Numbered from the stretch's first letter, positions 46,426-58,148 are shown. The stretch is DNA of 64,000 nt from Ilumatobacteraceae bacterium (GCA_041918155.1 JAYRWH010000017.1:12621-76620); one strand, 5' to 3'. A program made the numbers and translations. The notes: generated from the letters alone by a model not told the origin.

Positions 46426-47174
46426 GACGCCACCAACCGCTGTGCGAACGCGGTTTCAGCGATACGCCCAGCCGCGGTGATGAGCGGGCTGCGCACGAGG
46501 CGGCGATCGTCGACCGACGCGCCGCGGTGCAGGAGGTCGACGGCCGCTGGGTCCCACGGCAACCAGCCGGCGCACTCGTCCGCGAGTTCGGCGAGCAGGC
46601 CCGAGCGGGGGAAGGCCACACCGCCGGGCGAGTCGACGATGACGAGCCGGGTCGTGGCGCTGTCGAACCCGGGCTCGGTCGGCGCCACTCGCCCGCCGGT
46701 ACGTAACCACTCGCCCGCGGCTACCGCCGCGCTCACCTCGGGAGTCGTGACCGCGAGCATGAGGTCGGCACGCTGAACCAGCGGCCACACCGGGCTTCCG
46801 GCCCGCAGCCGACCGATGTCGATCACGACCGTGCCCGCTAGTTCTGCAAGCGACTCGGACCACGCGGCGCGCGGCCGGTGGCATGCGTGAGCGCGGAACG
46901 GATCGGCCGGCGAGCTGACGATGCGCAGGCGACCGTGGTGGTGGGCCACGTCGTGCAGCGCCTCGACCACCGAGCAGCGGTCGTTCGGGAAGGCCACCCG
47001 CTCGAGCCCGCCGACGGTGGTGGGCGCGAGCCGCATCCGCCCGGCGAGGACGCCCCCGGCCGGGTCTGCCTCCACCAGCCACGCGCCGCTGCCGTCACGG
47101 GCCGCGCAGGCTGCGAGGGCCAGTGCGGCCGTAGTGGTGCCGGTCCCCCGCCACGAGGTGACGGCCACGATCAT
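46422..47174 (-). CDS. TadZ/CpaE-like ParA/MinD-superfamily protein with degenerate P-loop (cluster 2)
   Basis: MIVAVTSWRGTGTTTAALALA carries RGTGTTT where KGGxGK[ST] is expected. ATGA overlaps on both sides. Confidence 0.7.
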   Translation of the reverse strand: MIVAVTSWRGTGTTTAALALAACAARDGSGAWLVEADPAGGVLAGRMRLAPTTVGGLERVAFPNDRCSVVEALHDVAHHHGRLRIVSSPADPFRAHACHRPRAAWSESLAELAGTVVIDIGRLRAGSPVWPLVQRADLMLAVTTPEVSAAVAAGEWLRTGGRVAPTEPGFDSATTRLVIVDSPGGVAFPRSGLLAELADECAGWLPWDPAAVDLLHRGASVDDRRLVRSPLITAAGRIAETAFAQRLVAS

Positions 47175-47773
47175 GACGCGCCTGCCGCGGCGCGACCGAC
47201 GAGGAGGAGCTGATCGGTCGCGGCGAGTTGGGCGATCGCGATCGACTGCACGGCCGGCACGGCGATCGTGACCTCCAGCTTGCCGTCGACCGACTCCGCC
47301 ACACCGATGATCCGCACCTCGGTGGGGGAGACCGTGGTGGAACCGTCGATCGACGCCGCGATCGCCACGTCGCCTCGCGCCAGACCGGCGGGATAGCGAC
47401 CGGCGGCGAGCACCGCGCCGACCCGATCTTCACCGCTGTTCAGCGCCGGCTGATCGCTCCACATGCCCACCTGCACGAGTGCGCCGGGGGTGAGGTCGAT
47501 CACGGCCACGCGACCGACGAGCCGTTCGAGCGACGCTGCGGGCACCAGGCCCTGCACCGCCCCGTCGTAGGCGACGCCGGTGATCGTGAGGTCGTTGGCG
47601 ACCAACTGGTGACCGGCGCTCACCGGTCGCGCGATCTGCACGACCTCAACGCGCTCGGCCGCTTGCGACAGACCCCATGCGACGAGCACCCCGGCAAGCA
47701 CCACGAGCGCCGCGCCCATGGCGAGCCACTGCGTCTGCACCTTGGGCCGCACGCGGGTACCCGCGGCGGTCAC
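47171..47773 (-). CDS. cpaB: CpaB/RcpC-like Flp pilus assembly protein (SAF domain)
   Basis: N-terminal TM (WLAMGAALVVLAGVLVAWGL), then a SAF-like VVQIARPVSAGHQLVANDLT. Start placed at GTG codon 17 of the track ORF because it forms a GTGA overlap with the peptidase stop. Alternative starts are 47821 and 47752. Confidence 0.75.
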   Translation of the reverse strand: MTAAGTRVRPKVQTQWLAMGAALVVLAGVLVAWGLSQAAERVEVVQIARPVSAGHQLVANDLTITGVAYDGAVQGLVPAASLERLVGRVAVIDLTPGALVQVGMWSDQPALNSGEDRVGAVLAAGRYPAGLARGDVAIAASIDGSTTVSPTEVRIIGVAESVDGKLEVTIAVPAVQSIAIAQLAATDQLLLVGRAAAGAS

Positions 47774-48333
47774 CGCAACCACCCCATCGGCGCCATGAGG
47801 GCGCACGCCCAGCCCAGCCACAGCGACGGACCGAGTGGGAGGCGGACACGTGTGCGGAGCAAGCCGTAGCCGCCGGCAGCGAAGGCCGCAACGGCGACCG
47901 CGATGGGCGCGGCGAGCAACGCCCGCGGGCCCACGCTCGCGCCGATCACGGCGGCCATCTTCACGTCACCCATACCGAGGCCACGAACGAGGCGCACCCC
48001 GAGCAGCAGACCACCGGCGATGAGCGCGCCGACGATCGCCACGGCCATGTCACCGGTTGCGACCGCACCCGCGAGGGCGAGCGCGCCGGCCGCGAGCAAG
48101 AGACCGTTCGGCAGTCGCCGCTCGATGACATCGACGAACGCCGCGGTGGCGAGCAACGCTCCCACCGCGGCGGTCGTCCACAACGGCGTGCCGGCATCGG
48201 TGGCGATCACCACCGATGCCGCGGTCGCACCGAGCCACGCAAACCGCGCGCGCCCGCTGCTCCGGTCCCATGCCTGCGCGACCCTGTGATGGGTCGGCAC
48301 AGGTTCCGTATGTACACAGTCCGCCGTCTTCAT
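47770..48333 (-). CDS. A24-family prepilin peptidase (TadV/CpaA-like)
   Basis: Met34 of the track ORF, preceded by a GGAGGGAAGG RBS. Two catalytic-Asp motifs: FVDVIERRLPN and GLGMGDVKMAAVIG. Polytopic. Confidence 0.85.
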   Translation of the reverse strand: MKTADCVHTEPVPTHHRVAQAWDRSSGRARFAWLGATAASVVIATDAGTPLWTTAAVGALLATAAFVDVIERRLPNGLLLAAGALALAGAVATGDMAVAIVGALIAGGLLLGVRLVRGLGMGDVKMAAVIGASVGPRALLAAPIAVAVAAFAAGGYGLLRTRVRLPLGPSLWLGWACALMAPMGWLR

Positions 48334-48528
48334 TCGCCTTCCCTCCGCCAGGTGGGCTGAACGTGAAGCGCAATATGCCGCCGCCGACTGCGCTCTGTCA
48401 ATGAAGTTCGCGAAACCTTGAAGGTTGCCCACGCCCTCACTGGGTACAACGAGATCGCCGAACCGGCAGATGGGGCGACGATTCCTTGTGGGACCGACCC
48501 GCCAGCGCCGCTAGTCTGTCGCGCGTCT

Positions 48529-48619
48529 GGAGAGGTGCCCGAGTCAGGTCGAAGGGACCGCACTGCTAATGCGGGGACCGCCTTAAAGCGGTCCGTGGGT
48601 TCAAATCCCACCCTCTCCG
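48529..48619 (+). tRNA. tRNA-Ser (anticodon GCT)
   Basis: GGAGAGG/CCTCTCC acceptor, anticodon arm CCGCA-CTGCTAA-TGCGG, long variable arm GGACCGCCTTAAAGCGGTCC, T arm GTGGGTTCAAATCCCAC. 91 nt. Confidence 0.9.
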
Positions 48620-48647
48620 CGGGGTGATCTCGCGAGAGATCCCGGAC

Positions 48648-48674
48648 AGCCCGAACCCATAGTGGGTTCGGGCT
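48648..48674 (+). terminator. Hairpin terminator after tRNA-Ser
   Basis: AGCCCGAACCC-(ATAGT)-GGGTTCGGGCT, followed by GACGCCGTTTTCGGG. Confidence 0.6.
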
Positions 48675-48710
48675 GACGCCGTTTTCGGGTCCCGAGGCCC
48701 CCTCTATGCT

Positions 48711-49982
48711 GTGTCGGTGGTGATCAAGGGCATCACCGACGAGGGCAGCGTCGGCACCGGCGGCCGCCTCGCCGGCCCCATCGCCAAGCAGGTGCGTCGT
48801 TGGCGAGCAACGATCGACGCGTACGTTCCTCCCGCAGCGGCGGCCGACGGCCGGCTGGTGAGCCTCGACGTCGCCCGCGGCGTGGCGGTAGCGATGATGC
48901 TGTTTGTCGAGCAGCTGCGCGGCAACGGGTTCGCGTCGCTTCGGCACGCGGCGTGGGTGGGGCTCACTTGGGCCGACATCGTCTTCCCCTGCTTCATGTT
49001 CCTCGCCGGGTGCTCGTTGGCGGTGGTCACCCTTCGTGTACCGGCGACCGGCAACCTGATCGCGATGTTCGCGCGGCGGGCGCTGAACCTGTTCGCCGTC
49101 GGCCTCGTGTTCAACGCGTTCAGCGGAAGCGGCGCCGACCTGTCCACATTGCGGATTCCTGGCGTGCTGCAGCGCATCGGGGTGTGCCTGCTGGCCGCGC
49201 TGCTGGTGGTGCTCGCCTGCCGTCGGCTGTCGCTCGGCCGGTCGCAATCTGATCGTTCAGTGGTGTGGGTGGGCCTGGTGGCACTGGTGCTGTTGGTCGC
49301 CTACGGCCAGTGGTTGGTCAGGTCCGGGTTGGGATGCGGTTCGCAGATCACACCGCTGTGCAACGCGGCCGGTGAGCTGGATCGCCGCCTGTTGCCGCTG
49401 GCGCACCTCTACCGCGGTGCCGACTTCCCCGGCTACGACCCGGAGGGCGTTGCCGGCTCGGTGGCTGCGCTGGTCACCGTGTTGGCGGGGTGGGTGGGCA
49501 TGCGCTGTGCCCTTGCCCGACAGGCATCGGTGCGCTGGGGGCTGCTTGCCCTTCCGGCCGCCGCAGCACTGTGGGCAGCGTCGTGGATCGGCCCGCTCAC
49601 CGCGGGTGTCGGCTCGATCAAGCGGTTGTGGAGCCCGGCGTTCACCTTGCGCACCGCTGCGCTCGCGCTCGTGCTGCTGGCACTGTGCCGGCCGCTCGAT
49701 GGGCTGCAGCACCGTGCCGCGGCGGTCATCCATCGCGTCGTGTACCCCTTCTCGGCGCTCGGTCGCCATGCGCTCACCATCTACGTGGGCCAGCACCTCA
49801 TCGGTACCGCGCTCGACCGAACCACCATCGACGGTCGCTCGCTCGCCGATCACATGGCCGGCCACTTCGCCGGCTTCGGCCGCGAAGGCCGCTACCTGGC
49901 CTTCGCCGTCGCCTGCACCGTCGCGGCTGCCGCGGTAGCACTCACCCTCGACGCCCTCGATCGCACGGCCAAACACCGCTAG
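48711..49982 (+). CDS. Membrane acyltransferase, heparan-alpha-glucosaminide N-acetyltransferase-like (DUF1624/DUF5009)
   Basis: RLVSLDVARGVAVAMMLFV...WADIVFPCFMFLAGCS is the N-terminal signature of this family. About 10 TM segments. The exact start is uncertain. Confidence 0.65.
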   Translation: MSVVIKGITDEGSVGTGGRLAGPIAKQVRRWRATIDAYVPPAAAADGRLVSLDVARGVAVAMMLFVEQLRGNGFASLRHAAWVGLTWADIVFPCFMFLAGCSLAVVTLRVPATGNLIAMFARRALNLFAVGLVFNAFSGSGADLSTLRIPGVLQRIGVCLLAALLVVLACRRLSLGRSQSDRSVVWVGLVALVLLVAYGQWLVRSGLGCGSQITPLCNAAGELDRRLLPLAHLYRGADFPGYDPEGVAGSVAALVTVLAGWVGMRCALARQASVRWGLLALPAAAALWAASWIGPLTAGVGSIKRLWSPAFTLRTAALALVLLALCRPLDGLQHRAAAVIHRVVYPFSALGRHALTIYVGQHLIGTALDRTTIDGRSLADHMAGHFAGFGREGRYLAFAVACTVAAAAVALTLDALDRTAKHR

Positions 49983-50183
49983 ATAGTTCGGGTTGTCGCG
50001 CTTTCGGCCGGCACGCTGGGCCATCGCGCCAGGTGGCGGAAGGGCGGCGACGGATGTCACCTGTCGCCGGGCCGTCATCCGACCGTCACACTGTTGCGGT
50101 TTCATTACGACGAGGGATACAGTTCCGTCATCCAGCCGGTCTCCGGATCGGTACCGACGCCAGCGGGCCGAGAGGTGGTGACG

Positions 50184-51374
50184 ATGTACTTCGACGATGA
50201 CGACAAGGGTTTCTGGGACAACGAGCCCACCCGTCCACTGGAGCGCCTCAGCCACCGGTTGAAGCCCGCCGGCAGTCCCCCACCGCGCCCCACCCGACCG
50301 ATGGGGCCGCCCGCCGGCCGGCGCAGCCACACCGGCGAGATCCCGGTGGTGCCCCTCGCCCGCCGCGGCCCCTCCCGGCCCGGCGCCGCCCGCCCCGCCC
50401 TCGGTGACGTGGCCGACCGGTTGCGCGAGGCCGCCCGCAATGTCGGCCGCCTGCGCCCCCAGGGCACGTCCACCGGCGCCGATCCGCGCACCAGGGTGCG
50501 CAATGTCGCCGCCGGCATCGATCCGCTGATGCGCCGCCTCGGTTCGCTCGTGCTCGTGATCCTGCTCGCCATCCCGGTCGCCATCGCCCTGCGCAGTGGC
50601 AGCGCCGAGGGCCAGTCCATGCGCCCCGACAACACCACGGCCGCCACCGCTGCATTCGCCGAATCCACCGGCGAATCGCTCGCCGAGTCCACCGCCGCCA
50701 CCACCGCAACGGTCACCGAGCCGCCCGTCACCGAGCCGGTCACCCAGCCAACGCCTGCCCCCACTGCGGCAGCGCCGGCAACCACACAGGCACCGGCCAC
50801 CACGCCCAAGCCGGCGCCCGTGTGCCACAAGAAGTACACGGTCGTGCGCGGCGATTCGTGGAGCCGCATCGCCGGCAAGGTGGGCGTCGACACCCAGGAG
50901 ATGCTCGACGCGAACAACGCCACGGCGCGCACCCTGCTGCTGCCGGGCGAGACGGTGTGCATGCCGGCCAACGCCACGCCCACCACCGTCGCCGCGCCAC
51001 GGCCCACACCGACCACGACGAAGCCGGCGCCCAGGTCGAACCCCACGCCCACCACCCCGCCGCTCGTGAAGACCCGGGCCTACAGCAAGGCCGAGGTGGA
51101 AGCGATCATCCGCGAGGCGTGGCCGGCCGAGCTGGTCGACTGGGCGCTGAAGCAGGCGTGGAAGGAAAGCAACTACAACAACAACGCCTACAACAGCTGC
51201 TGCTACGGGCTGTACCAGCTCAACTTCCACGCACACAAGAGCTGGCTGGCGCGCTGCGGCGTCACCGAGCCGTCGCAGTTGTTCGACCCGAAGGTGAACA
51301 CCCAGATGGCGATCATCGTCTTCCGCCGCATGGGCGGTCAGGGCCCCTGGACCGGCCCGATCCCCTGCGCCTGA
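50184..51374 (+). CDS. Membrane-anchored LysM plus lytic-transglycosylase (SLT-like) protein, paralogue 1
   Basis: Met31 of the track ORF with an AGAGGTGG RBS. TM anchor, Thr/Pro/Ala linker, LysM (YTVVRGDSWSRIAGKVGVDTQEMLDANN...LLPGETVCMP). C-terminal KQAWKESNYNNNAYNSCCYGLYQLNF provides the catalytic-Glu region. Confidence 0.8.
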   Translation: MYFDDDDKGFWDNEPTRPLERLSHRLKPAGSPPPRPTRPMGPPAGRRSHTGEIPVVPLARRGPSRPGAARPALGDVADRLREAARNVGRLRPQGTSTGADPRTRVRNVAAGIDPLMRRLGSLVLVILLAIPVAIALRSGSAEGQSMRPDNTTAATAAFAESTGESLAESTAATTATVTEPPVTEPVTQPTPAPTAAAPATTQAPATTPKPAPVCHKKYTVVRGDSWSRIAGKVGVDTQEMLDANNATARTLLLPGETVCMPANATPTTVAAPRPTPTTTKPAPRSNPTPTTPPLVKTRAYSKAEVEAIIREAWPAELVDWALKQAWKESNYNNNAYNSCCYGLYQLNFHAHKSWLARCGVTEPSQLFDPKVNTQMAIIVFRRMGGQGPWTGPIPCA

Positions 51375-51388
51375 CCGCGGACGCCGAG

Positions 51389-52387
51389 ATGAACCCCGAA
51401 GATGTCGAGAAGCTCTTCTGGGACGACGCGCCCACGCGTCAGTTGTCGCGTGGCAAGTCCCCGACGCGCCCAACTCGTCGAATCCACTCCACTCGCCCGT
51501 CCGGCGCGGCGCGACGTCCGCCGACCACCAGCGTCGACCCGCTGCTGCGGCGCCTCGGCGTGCTCGTGGCCGTGATCGTGCTCGCCATCCCCGTGGCCCT
51601 CGCGCTGCGCAGTGGAAGCGCCGAGGGCGAGACGCTGCGCCCCGGCACCGCCACACTCACCACTGAAACCATCGCTCCAGCAACCGACCCGGCGACCACG
51701 CCCGTCACCACTCCGGTCGCCACTGTCGCGGCCACCGTCACCGAACCGCCCACTGTGGCCACTCCTGCCGCTACCGCGCCGCCCACCACTCAACGCAAGG
51801 CGGTCGTCGCCCCGACCACCGCCCCACTCGTGTGCCGCGGCACGTATGTCGTGGTGAAGGGCGACTCGTGGAGCCGCATCGCCAGCAAGGTGGGCGTGTC
51901 CACCAAAGAGATGCTCACCGCCAACCGCGCCACCGCCCACACCCTGCTGCTGCCGGGCCAGACCGTGTGCCTGCCCGACGGCGCCACCCCCACCACGATC
52001 CCGTCGCCCACTACCGCCCCGCGGGTGACGACCACGACAGTGAAGAAGGCGCCCGCCACCACCACCGCGGCGCCGGCGACGACCGCACCAGCCGGACCGC
52101 GCCCCACGTACACCCGTGAGCAGGTGATCCAGTTGATCCGCGACGTGTGGCCCGACAACCTCGAGCAGCACGCGATCGACATCGCCAACCGCGAGAGCCG
52201 CTTCAACCCGAACGCGGCAAACTCGTGCTGCTACGGCGTGTTCCAGATCAACTACAACGCGCACAAGCGCTGGCTGCCCACCATCGGCGTCACCAGCGCC
52301 GCCCAGCTGTTCGACCCGCGTGTGAACGTGTACGCCGCGTACGTGATCTACCAACGCGCTGGCGGCTTCGGCCCATGGGGCGGCTGA
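51389..52387 (+). CDS. Membrane-anchored LysM plus lytic-transglycosylase (SLT-like) protein, paralogue 2
   Basis: Met190 of ORF 50822..52387. Same architecture as paralogue 1: YVVVKGDSWSRIASKVGVSTKEMLTANR...LLPGQTVCLP and IDIANRESRFNPNAANSCCYGVFQINY. Confidence 0.8.
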   Translation: MNPEDVEKLFWDDAPTRQLSRGKSPTRPTRRIHSTRPSGAARRPPTTSVDPLLRRLGVLVAVIVLAIPVALALRSGSAEGETLRPGTATLTTETIAPATDPATTPVTTPVATVAATVTEPPTVATPAATAPPTTQRKAVVAPTTAPLVCRGTYVVVKGDSWSRIASKVGVSTKEMLTANRATAHTLLLPGQTVCLPDGATPTTIPSPTTAPRVTTTTVKKAPATTTAAPATTAPAGPRPTYTREQVIQLIRDVWPDNLEQHAIDIANRESRFNPNAANSCCYGVFQINYNAHKRWLPTIGVTSAAQLFDPRVNVYAAYVIYQRAGGFGPWGG

Positions 52388-52436
52388 GAATCCGGTAGCC
52401 GAACGGGCTGCCCGGCCCTACAATGGCGTGCCGCAA

Positions 52437-52509
52437 GCACTCGTAGCTCAATGGATAGAGCATCTGACTACGGATCAGAAGGTTGAATGTTCGAGTCATT
52501 CCGAGTGCG
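52437..52509 (+). tRNA. tRNA-Arg (anticodon ACG)
   Basis: GCACTCG/CGAGTGC acceptor, D arm TAGCTCAATGGATAGAGC, anticodon arm TCTGA-CTACGGA-TCAGA, T arm GAATGTTCGAGTCATTC. 73 nt. Confidence 0.9.
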
Positions 52510-52514
52510 CTAGG

Positions 52515-52543
52515 AGGTGGTCGGCCAGAGTGGCCGGCCACCT
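52515..52543 (+). terminator. Hairpin terminator after tRNA-Arg
   Basis: AGGTGGTCGGCC-(AGAGT)-GGCCGGCCACCT (one mismatch), followed by GCGTTTTCGGG. Confidence 0.55.
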
Positions 52544-52594
52544 GCGTTTTCGGGCTCAGGCCATCCTGCGGGTCGCTGACCATCGGGTAGCGGC

Positions 52595-52645
52595 ATCCCT
52601 ATAGCGATCCCTATAGCTGTAGGGATGGAGACTTGTTATAGGGAT
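52595..52645. repeat. Four copies of a 10-mer (ATCCCTATAG-like), two direct and two inverted, just upstream of or overlapping the integrase start
   Basis: ATCCCTATAG at 52595..52604 and 52607..52616. Inverted CTGTAGGGAT at 52617..52626 and TTATAGGGAT at 52636..52645. Confidence 0.8.
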
Positions 52646-53863
52646 GACCGGGTACGCGCGAGGCGGGGTTCGGGGTCGATGCGTGAACGCCGGACGGGGG
52701 TGTGGGAGATCCGCGTGGTGGTCGCGAACGACCAGCTCACAGGGCACAGCGTGCAACGATCCTTCACCGTCCACGGCGACCGCGAGATGGCCGAGGACCA
52801 CCGTCAGGCGTTGGCGGAACGCTTCGGGGTGGACCGTCGCGCGTTGTACTGCGAAAGTGCCCGCTGGACCCTCGGCGAGCTCCTCGCCCGGTTCATCGCC
52901 GCCGCACACGAATGGCGTCCGGCCACCCGATCATCCAACGCCTCGGTGGTCCGCTTCCTGATCGGCGACCCGCTCGGTGCGGTCGGGCTGACGATGGTGA
53001 ACCCGATGGTGGTCAACAACGCGATCGCCCGCTGGCGCGGCGCCGGCGGCTCGGATTCGCTGGTACGCGGACGATGGACGACGGTGCACGCGGCGCTGTC
53101 GTGGGCCGCCCAAAAGAAGATCATTCGCAGCAACCCGATCCGCGGGATGCGCGGCCCACGACGGCCAGACCCGCGCAAACACCTCCTGCCCGGCGAGATC
53201 GCGATGCTGCTCACGACCGCGACCCGACAACTCCACACCGCCGAAGTGGCCGCCGCCGCCGACCCGGACAATCGGGCGTTGTGGGACCAGCTGTTCGCCG
53301 CGGAGCAGACCCGACTGATGGTGCGCATCGCCGCCGACACCGGCGCCCGCCGCGCCGAAATCGCCACCCTGCGCCTCGCCGATCTCGACGGCCGAGTACT
53401 TCGGATCGAACGCAACCTGTCGCACGAGGTGCTCGGCCCGACCAAGACCGGCCGCACCCGACGGATCACCATCGGTGCCACCACCGCCGCCATGATCCAC
53501 GACCACTTCGACAGCTGGGACCAACGCGCTGAGGCTGCCGGGGCGCAAGGCGATTGGATCTTCGCCCCCGATCCCCGGCACCTCACCCACGCCCGCGCCG
53601 ACTCGCTGTCGCACCGTATGGTTCGCCTGCGCGCCGCTGCCGGCGTCCCCGACGCTTCGTTGCACAGGTTCCGCCACAGCGTCGCCACCCAACTCGTCGG
53701 CGAAGGCAAACTCCTCAAAGCCCAAGCCCGCCTCGGACACCGCGACCCCGCCACGACCCTGCGCCACTACTCCCACGTCACCCCACTCGACGACCTCGGC
53801 ATCGCCGACGAAATCGACCAACGCCTCAACGACTACACCAACGACCCGACTGTGCGGACGTGA
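52625..53863 (+). CDS. Tyrosine-type site-specific integrase
   Basis: C-terminal catalytic motifs ...ADTGARRAEIATLRL..., HRFRHSVATQLV, ARLGHRDPATTLRHYSHV (R..H-x-x-R..Y). Lies immediately downstream of tRNA-Arg. The real start is probably at the GTG at 52652 or the ATG at 52679 (GSMRERRTGVWEIRVV). Confidence 0.88.
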   Translation: METCYRDDRVRARRGSGSMRERRTGVWEIRVVVANDQLTGHSVQRSFTVHGDREMAEDHRQALAERFGVDRRALYCESARWTLGELLARFIAAAHEWRPATRSSNASVVRFLIGDPLGAVGLTMVNPMVVNNAIARWRGAGGSDSLVRGRWTTVHAALSWAAQKKIIRSNPIRGMRGPRRPDPRKHLLPGEIAMLLTTATRQLHTAEVAAAADPDNRALWDQLFAAEQTRLMVRIAADTGARRAEIATLRLADLDGRVLRIERNLSHEVLGPTKTGRTRRITIGATTAAMIHDHFDSWDQRAEAAGAQGDWIFAPDPRHLTHARADSLSHRMVRLRAAAGVPDASLHRFRHSVATQLVGEGKLLKAQARLGHRDPATTLRHYSHVTPLDDLGIADEIDQRLNDYTNDPTVRT

Positions 53864-53961
53864 GTAGGTCTGGGGATCAAGCGAGCCACGGCAGTGCCGT
53901 TCGTGAGCGTGGACGGTTCGACTGCTTCGCGATCACGTGACATTGCGCACACCCTCAACAT

Positions 53962-53995
53962 TTGTATCTAGTCCAGAGTTGGTTAAAATAGATCC
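53962..53995 (+). promoter_or_regulatory. Candidate furA-katG promoter driving a leaderless or near-leaderless transcript
   Basis: The only AT-rich patch in the neighbourhood. TTGTAT (53962..53967), a 16-nt spacer, TAAAAT (53984..53989), then the furA GTG at 53996, only 6 nt after the -10 element. A short inverted repeat ATCTA/TAGAT flanks the spacer. Confidence 0.5.
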
Positions 53996-56619
<2,624 letters not shown>

Positions 56620-56704
56620 CCGAACACACCCGCGTCGATGGTGGCGCTGCCGGAACACGATCGGGCGGCGCCACCATCGGCCACACCAGAAGGACAAACA
56701 CACC

Positions 56705-57181
56705 ATGACTGATCTGACCATCGACATCGGAATCGACGAAGCCGACCGCAAGGCCATCACCGACGGCCTCTCGCGACTCCTCGCCGACAGCTACACCCTG
56801 TACCTCAAGACGCACAACTACCACTGGAATGTCACCGGCCCGATGTTCCAAACCCTGCATCTCATGTTCGAGGCGCAGTACAACGAACTCGCGCTCGCCG
56901 TCGACCTGATCGCCGAGCGGATCCGCTCCCTCGGCGCACCCGCACCGGGCAGCTACCGGGAGTTCGCCGCGCTCTCCTCCGTCCCGGAGGATGACGACCG
57001 GCCCGACGCCACCGAGATGATCCACCGGCTCGTCAAAGGACAGGAGACCGTCGCCCGCACCGCCCGGTCGGTGTTCGCCGCCGTCGAAAAGGCGCACGAC
57101 GAACCCACCGCCGACCTGCTCACACAACGCTTGCAGGTCCACGAGAAGACCGCCTGGATGCTGCGCAGCCTCCTCGCCTGA
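56705..57181 (+). CDS. dps: Dps-family DNA-protection/ferritin-like protein
   Basis: [34 protein letters not shown] (ferroxidase-site His/Asp/Glu pattern). Confidence 0.92.
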   Translation: MTDLTIDIGIDEADRKAITDGLSRLLADSYTLYLKTHNYHWNVTGPMFQTLHLMFEAQYNELALAVDLIAERIRSLGAPAPGSYREFAALSSVPEDDDRPDATEMIHRLVKGQETVARTARSVFAAVEKAHDEPTADLLTQRLQVHEKTAWMLRSLLA

Positions 57182-57293
57182 CAACGCTTCGGCAACGTCG
57201 GCACGGAGGTATCAAAGCGAGGTGGACACGGTCGCCTCCGTCTTGTTAGGCTTGCCTACTAGTTACTAGTAGTCACTCCTGTGAGGTGTCGAC

Positions 57294-58139
57294 GTGTTTG
57301 CCAACTTTCTCATCGGGTTGCGTGAGGGGCTGGAAGCGGCGTTGGTCGTGGGGATCCTGGTGGCGTACCTGGTGAAGTCGGGCCGGCGCGAACTATTGGG
57401 TCGGGTGTGGGCCGGCGTCGCGCTGGCCGTTGTCGTGTCACTCGCAGCGGGCGCGGCGCTGACGTTCGGGCCTCGAGGGCTGAGCTTCGAGGCCCAAGAG
57501 GCGATCGGTGGCTCGCTGTCGATCGTCGCGGTCGGGTTCGTCACGTGGATGATCTTCTGGATGGCGCGCACCTCGCGCCAACTGAAGAGCGAACTCGAGG
57601 GTCGCGTCGACGCGGCAATCGGTCGTGGCCGTTGGAGCCTCGCCCTCGTCGCCACCCTGGCCGTGGGCCGCGAAGGGCTGGAGACCGCGCTGTTCATCTG
57701 GGCAGCAGCGAAGGCAACGGGATCCTCGACCCGGCCGCTGGCCGGCGGCGCGCTCGGGCTGGCGGTCGCGGTTGTCCTCGGCGTCCTCATCTACCGGGGT
57801 GCGGTGAAACTCGACCTCGGCAAGTTCTTCCGCTGGACGGGCGCCTTCCTGGTGTTCGTCGCCGCCGGCGTGCTGGCCTACGGCGTGCACGACCTGCAGG
57901 AGGCCGACATCCTCCCCGGTCTGAACTCACTGGCCTTCGACGTGTCCGGCGCTGTCCCTCCTGGCTCGTGGTACGGCACGTTGCTGAAGGGCACCGTTAA
58001 CTTCTCGCCGCGCACCACCTGGCTGGAGCTGGCCGCGTGGTTGGCCTACCTCATTCCCGTGCTGACCCTGTTCATCCTCACCATGCGGCCCGCTCGGCCC
58101 TCGGTCCCCACCATCTCCGCGGCCCCGGCCGCATCCTGA
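57294..58139 (+). CDS. efeU: FTR1/EfeU-family iron permease
   Basis: GTG start. Two REGLE motifs ([11 protein letters not shown] and [11 protein letters not shown]). 7 TM segments. Confidence 0.9.
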   Translation: MFANFLIGLREGLEAALVVGILVAYLVKSGRRELLGRVWAGVALAVVVSLAAGAALTFGPRGLSFEAQEAIGGSLSIVAVGFVTWMIFWMARTSRQLKSELEGRVDAAIGRGRWSLALVATLAVGREGLETALFIWAAAKATGSSTRPLAGGALGLAVAVVLGVLIYRGAVKLDLGKFFRWTGAFLVFVAAGVLAYGVHDLQEADILPGLNSLAFDVSGAVPPGSWYGTLLKGTVNFSPRTTWLELAAWLAYLIPVLTLFILTMRPARPSVPTISAAPAAS

Positions 58140-58148
58140 AAGGCACCC

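Noticed and set aside
49983-50183. c-di-AMP (ydaO-type) riboswitch upstream of the first LysM-transglycosylase gene
   Set aside because: The context would fit, but I could not recognise the conserved ydaO core sequences by eye. It is left as a check to run with Infernal/Rfam rather than as a feature.
49257-51656. 799-aa ORF on the minus strand
   Set aside because: It is antisense to the acyltransferase and LysM-transglycosylase genes and has an Arg/Gly/Ala/Pro-dominated composition with no motifs. This is a typical shadow ORF of very GC-rich DNA. The plus-strand genes have clear domains.
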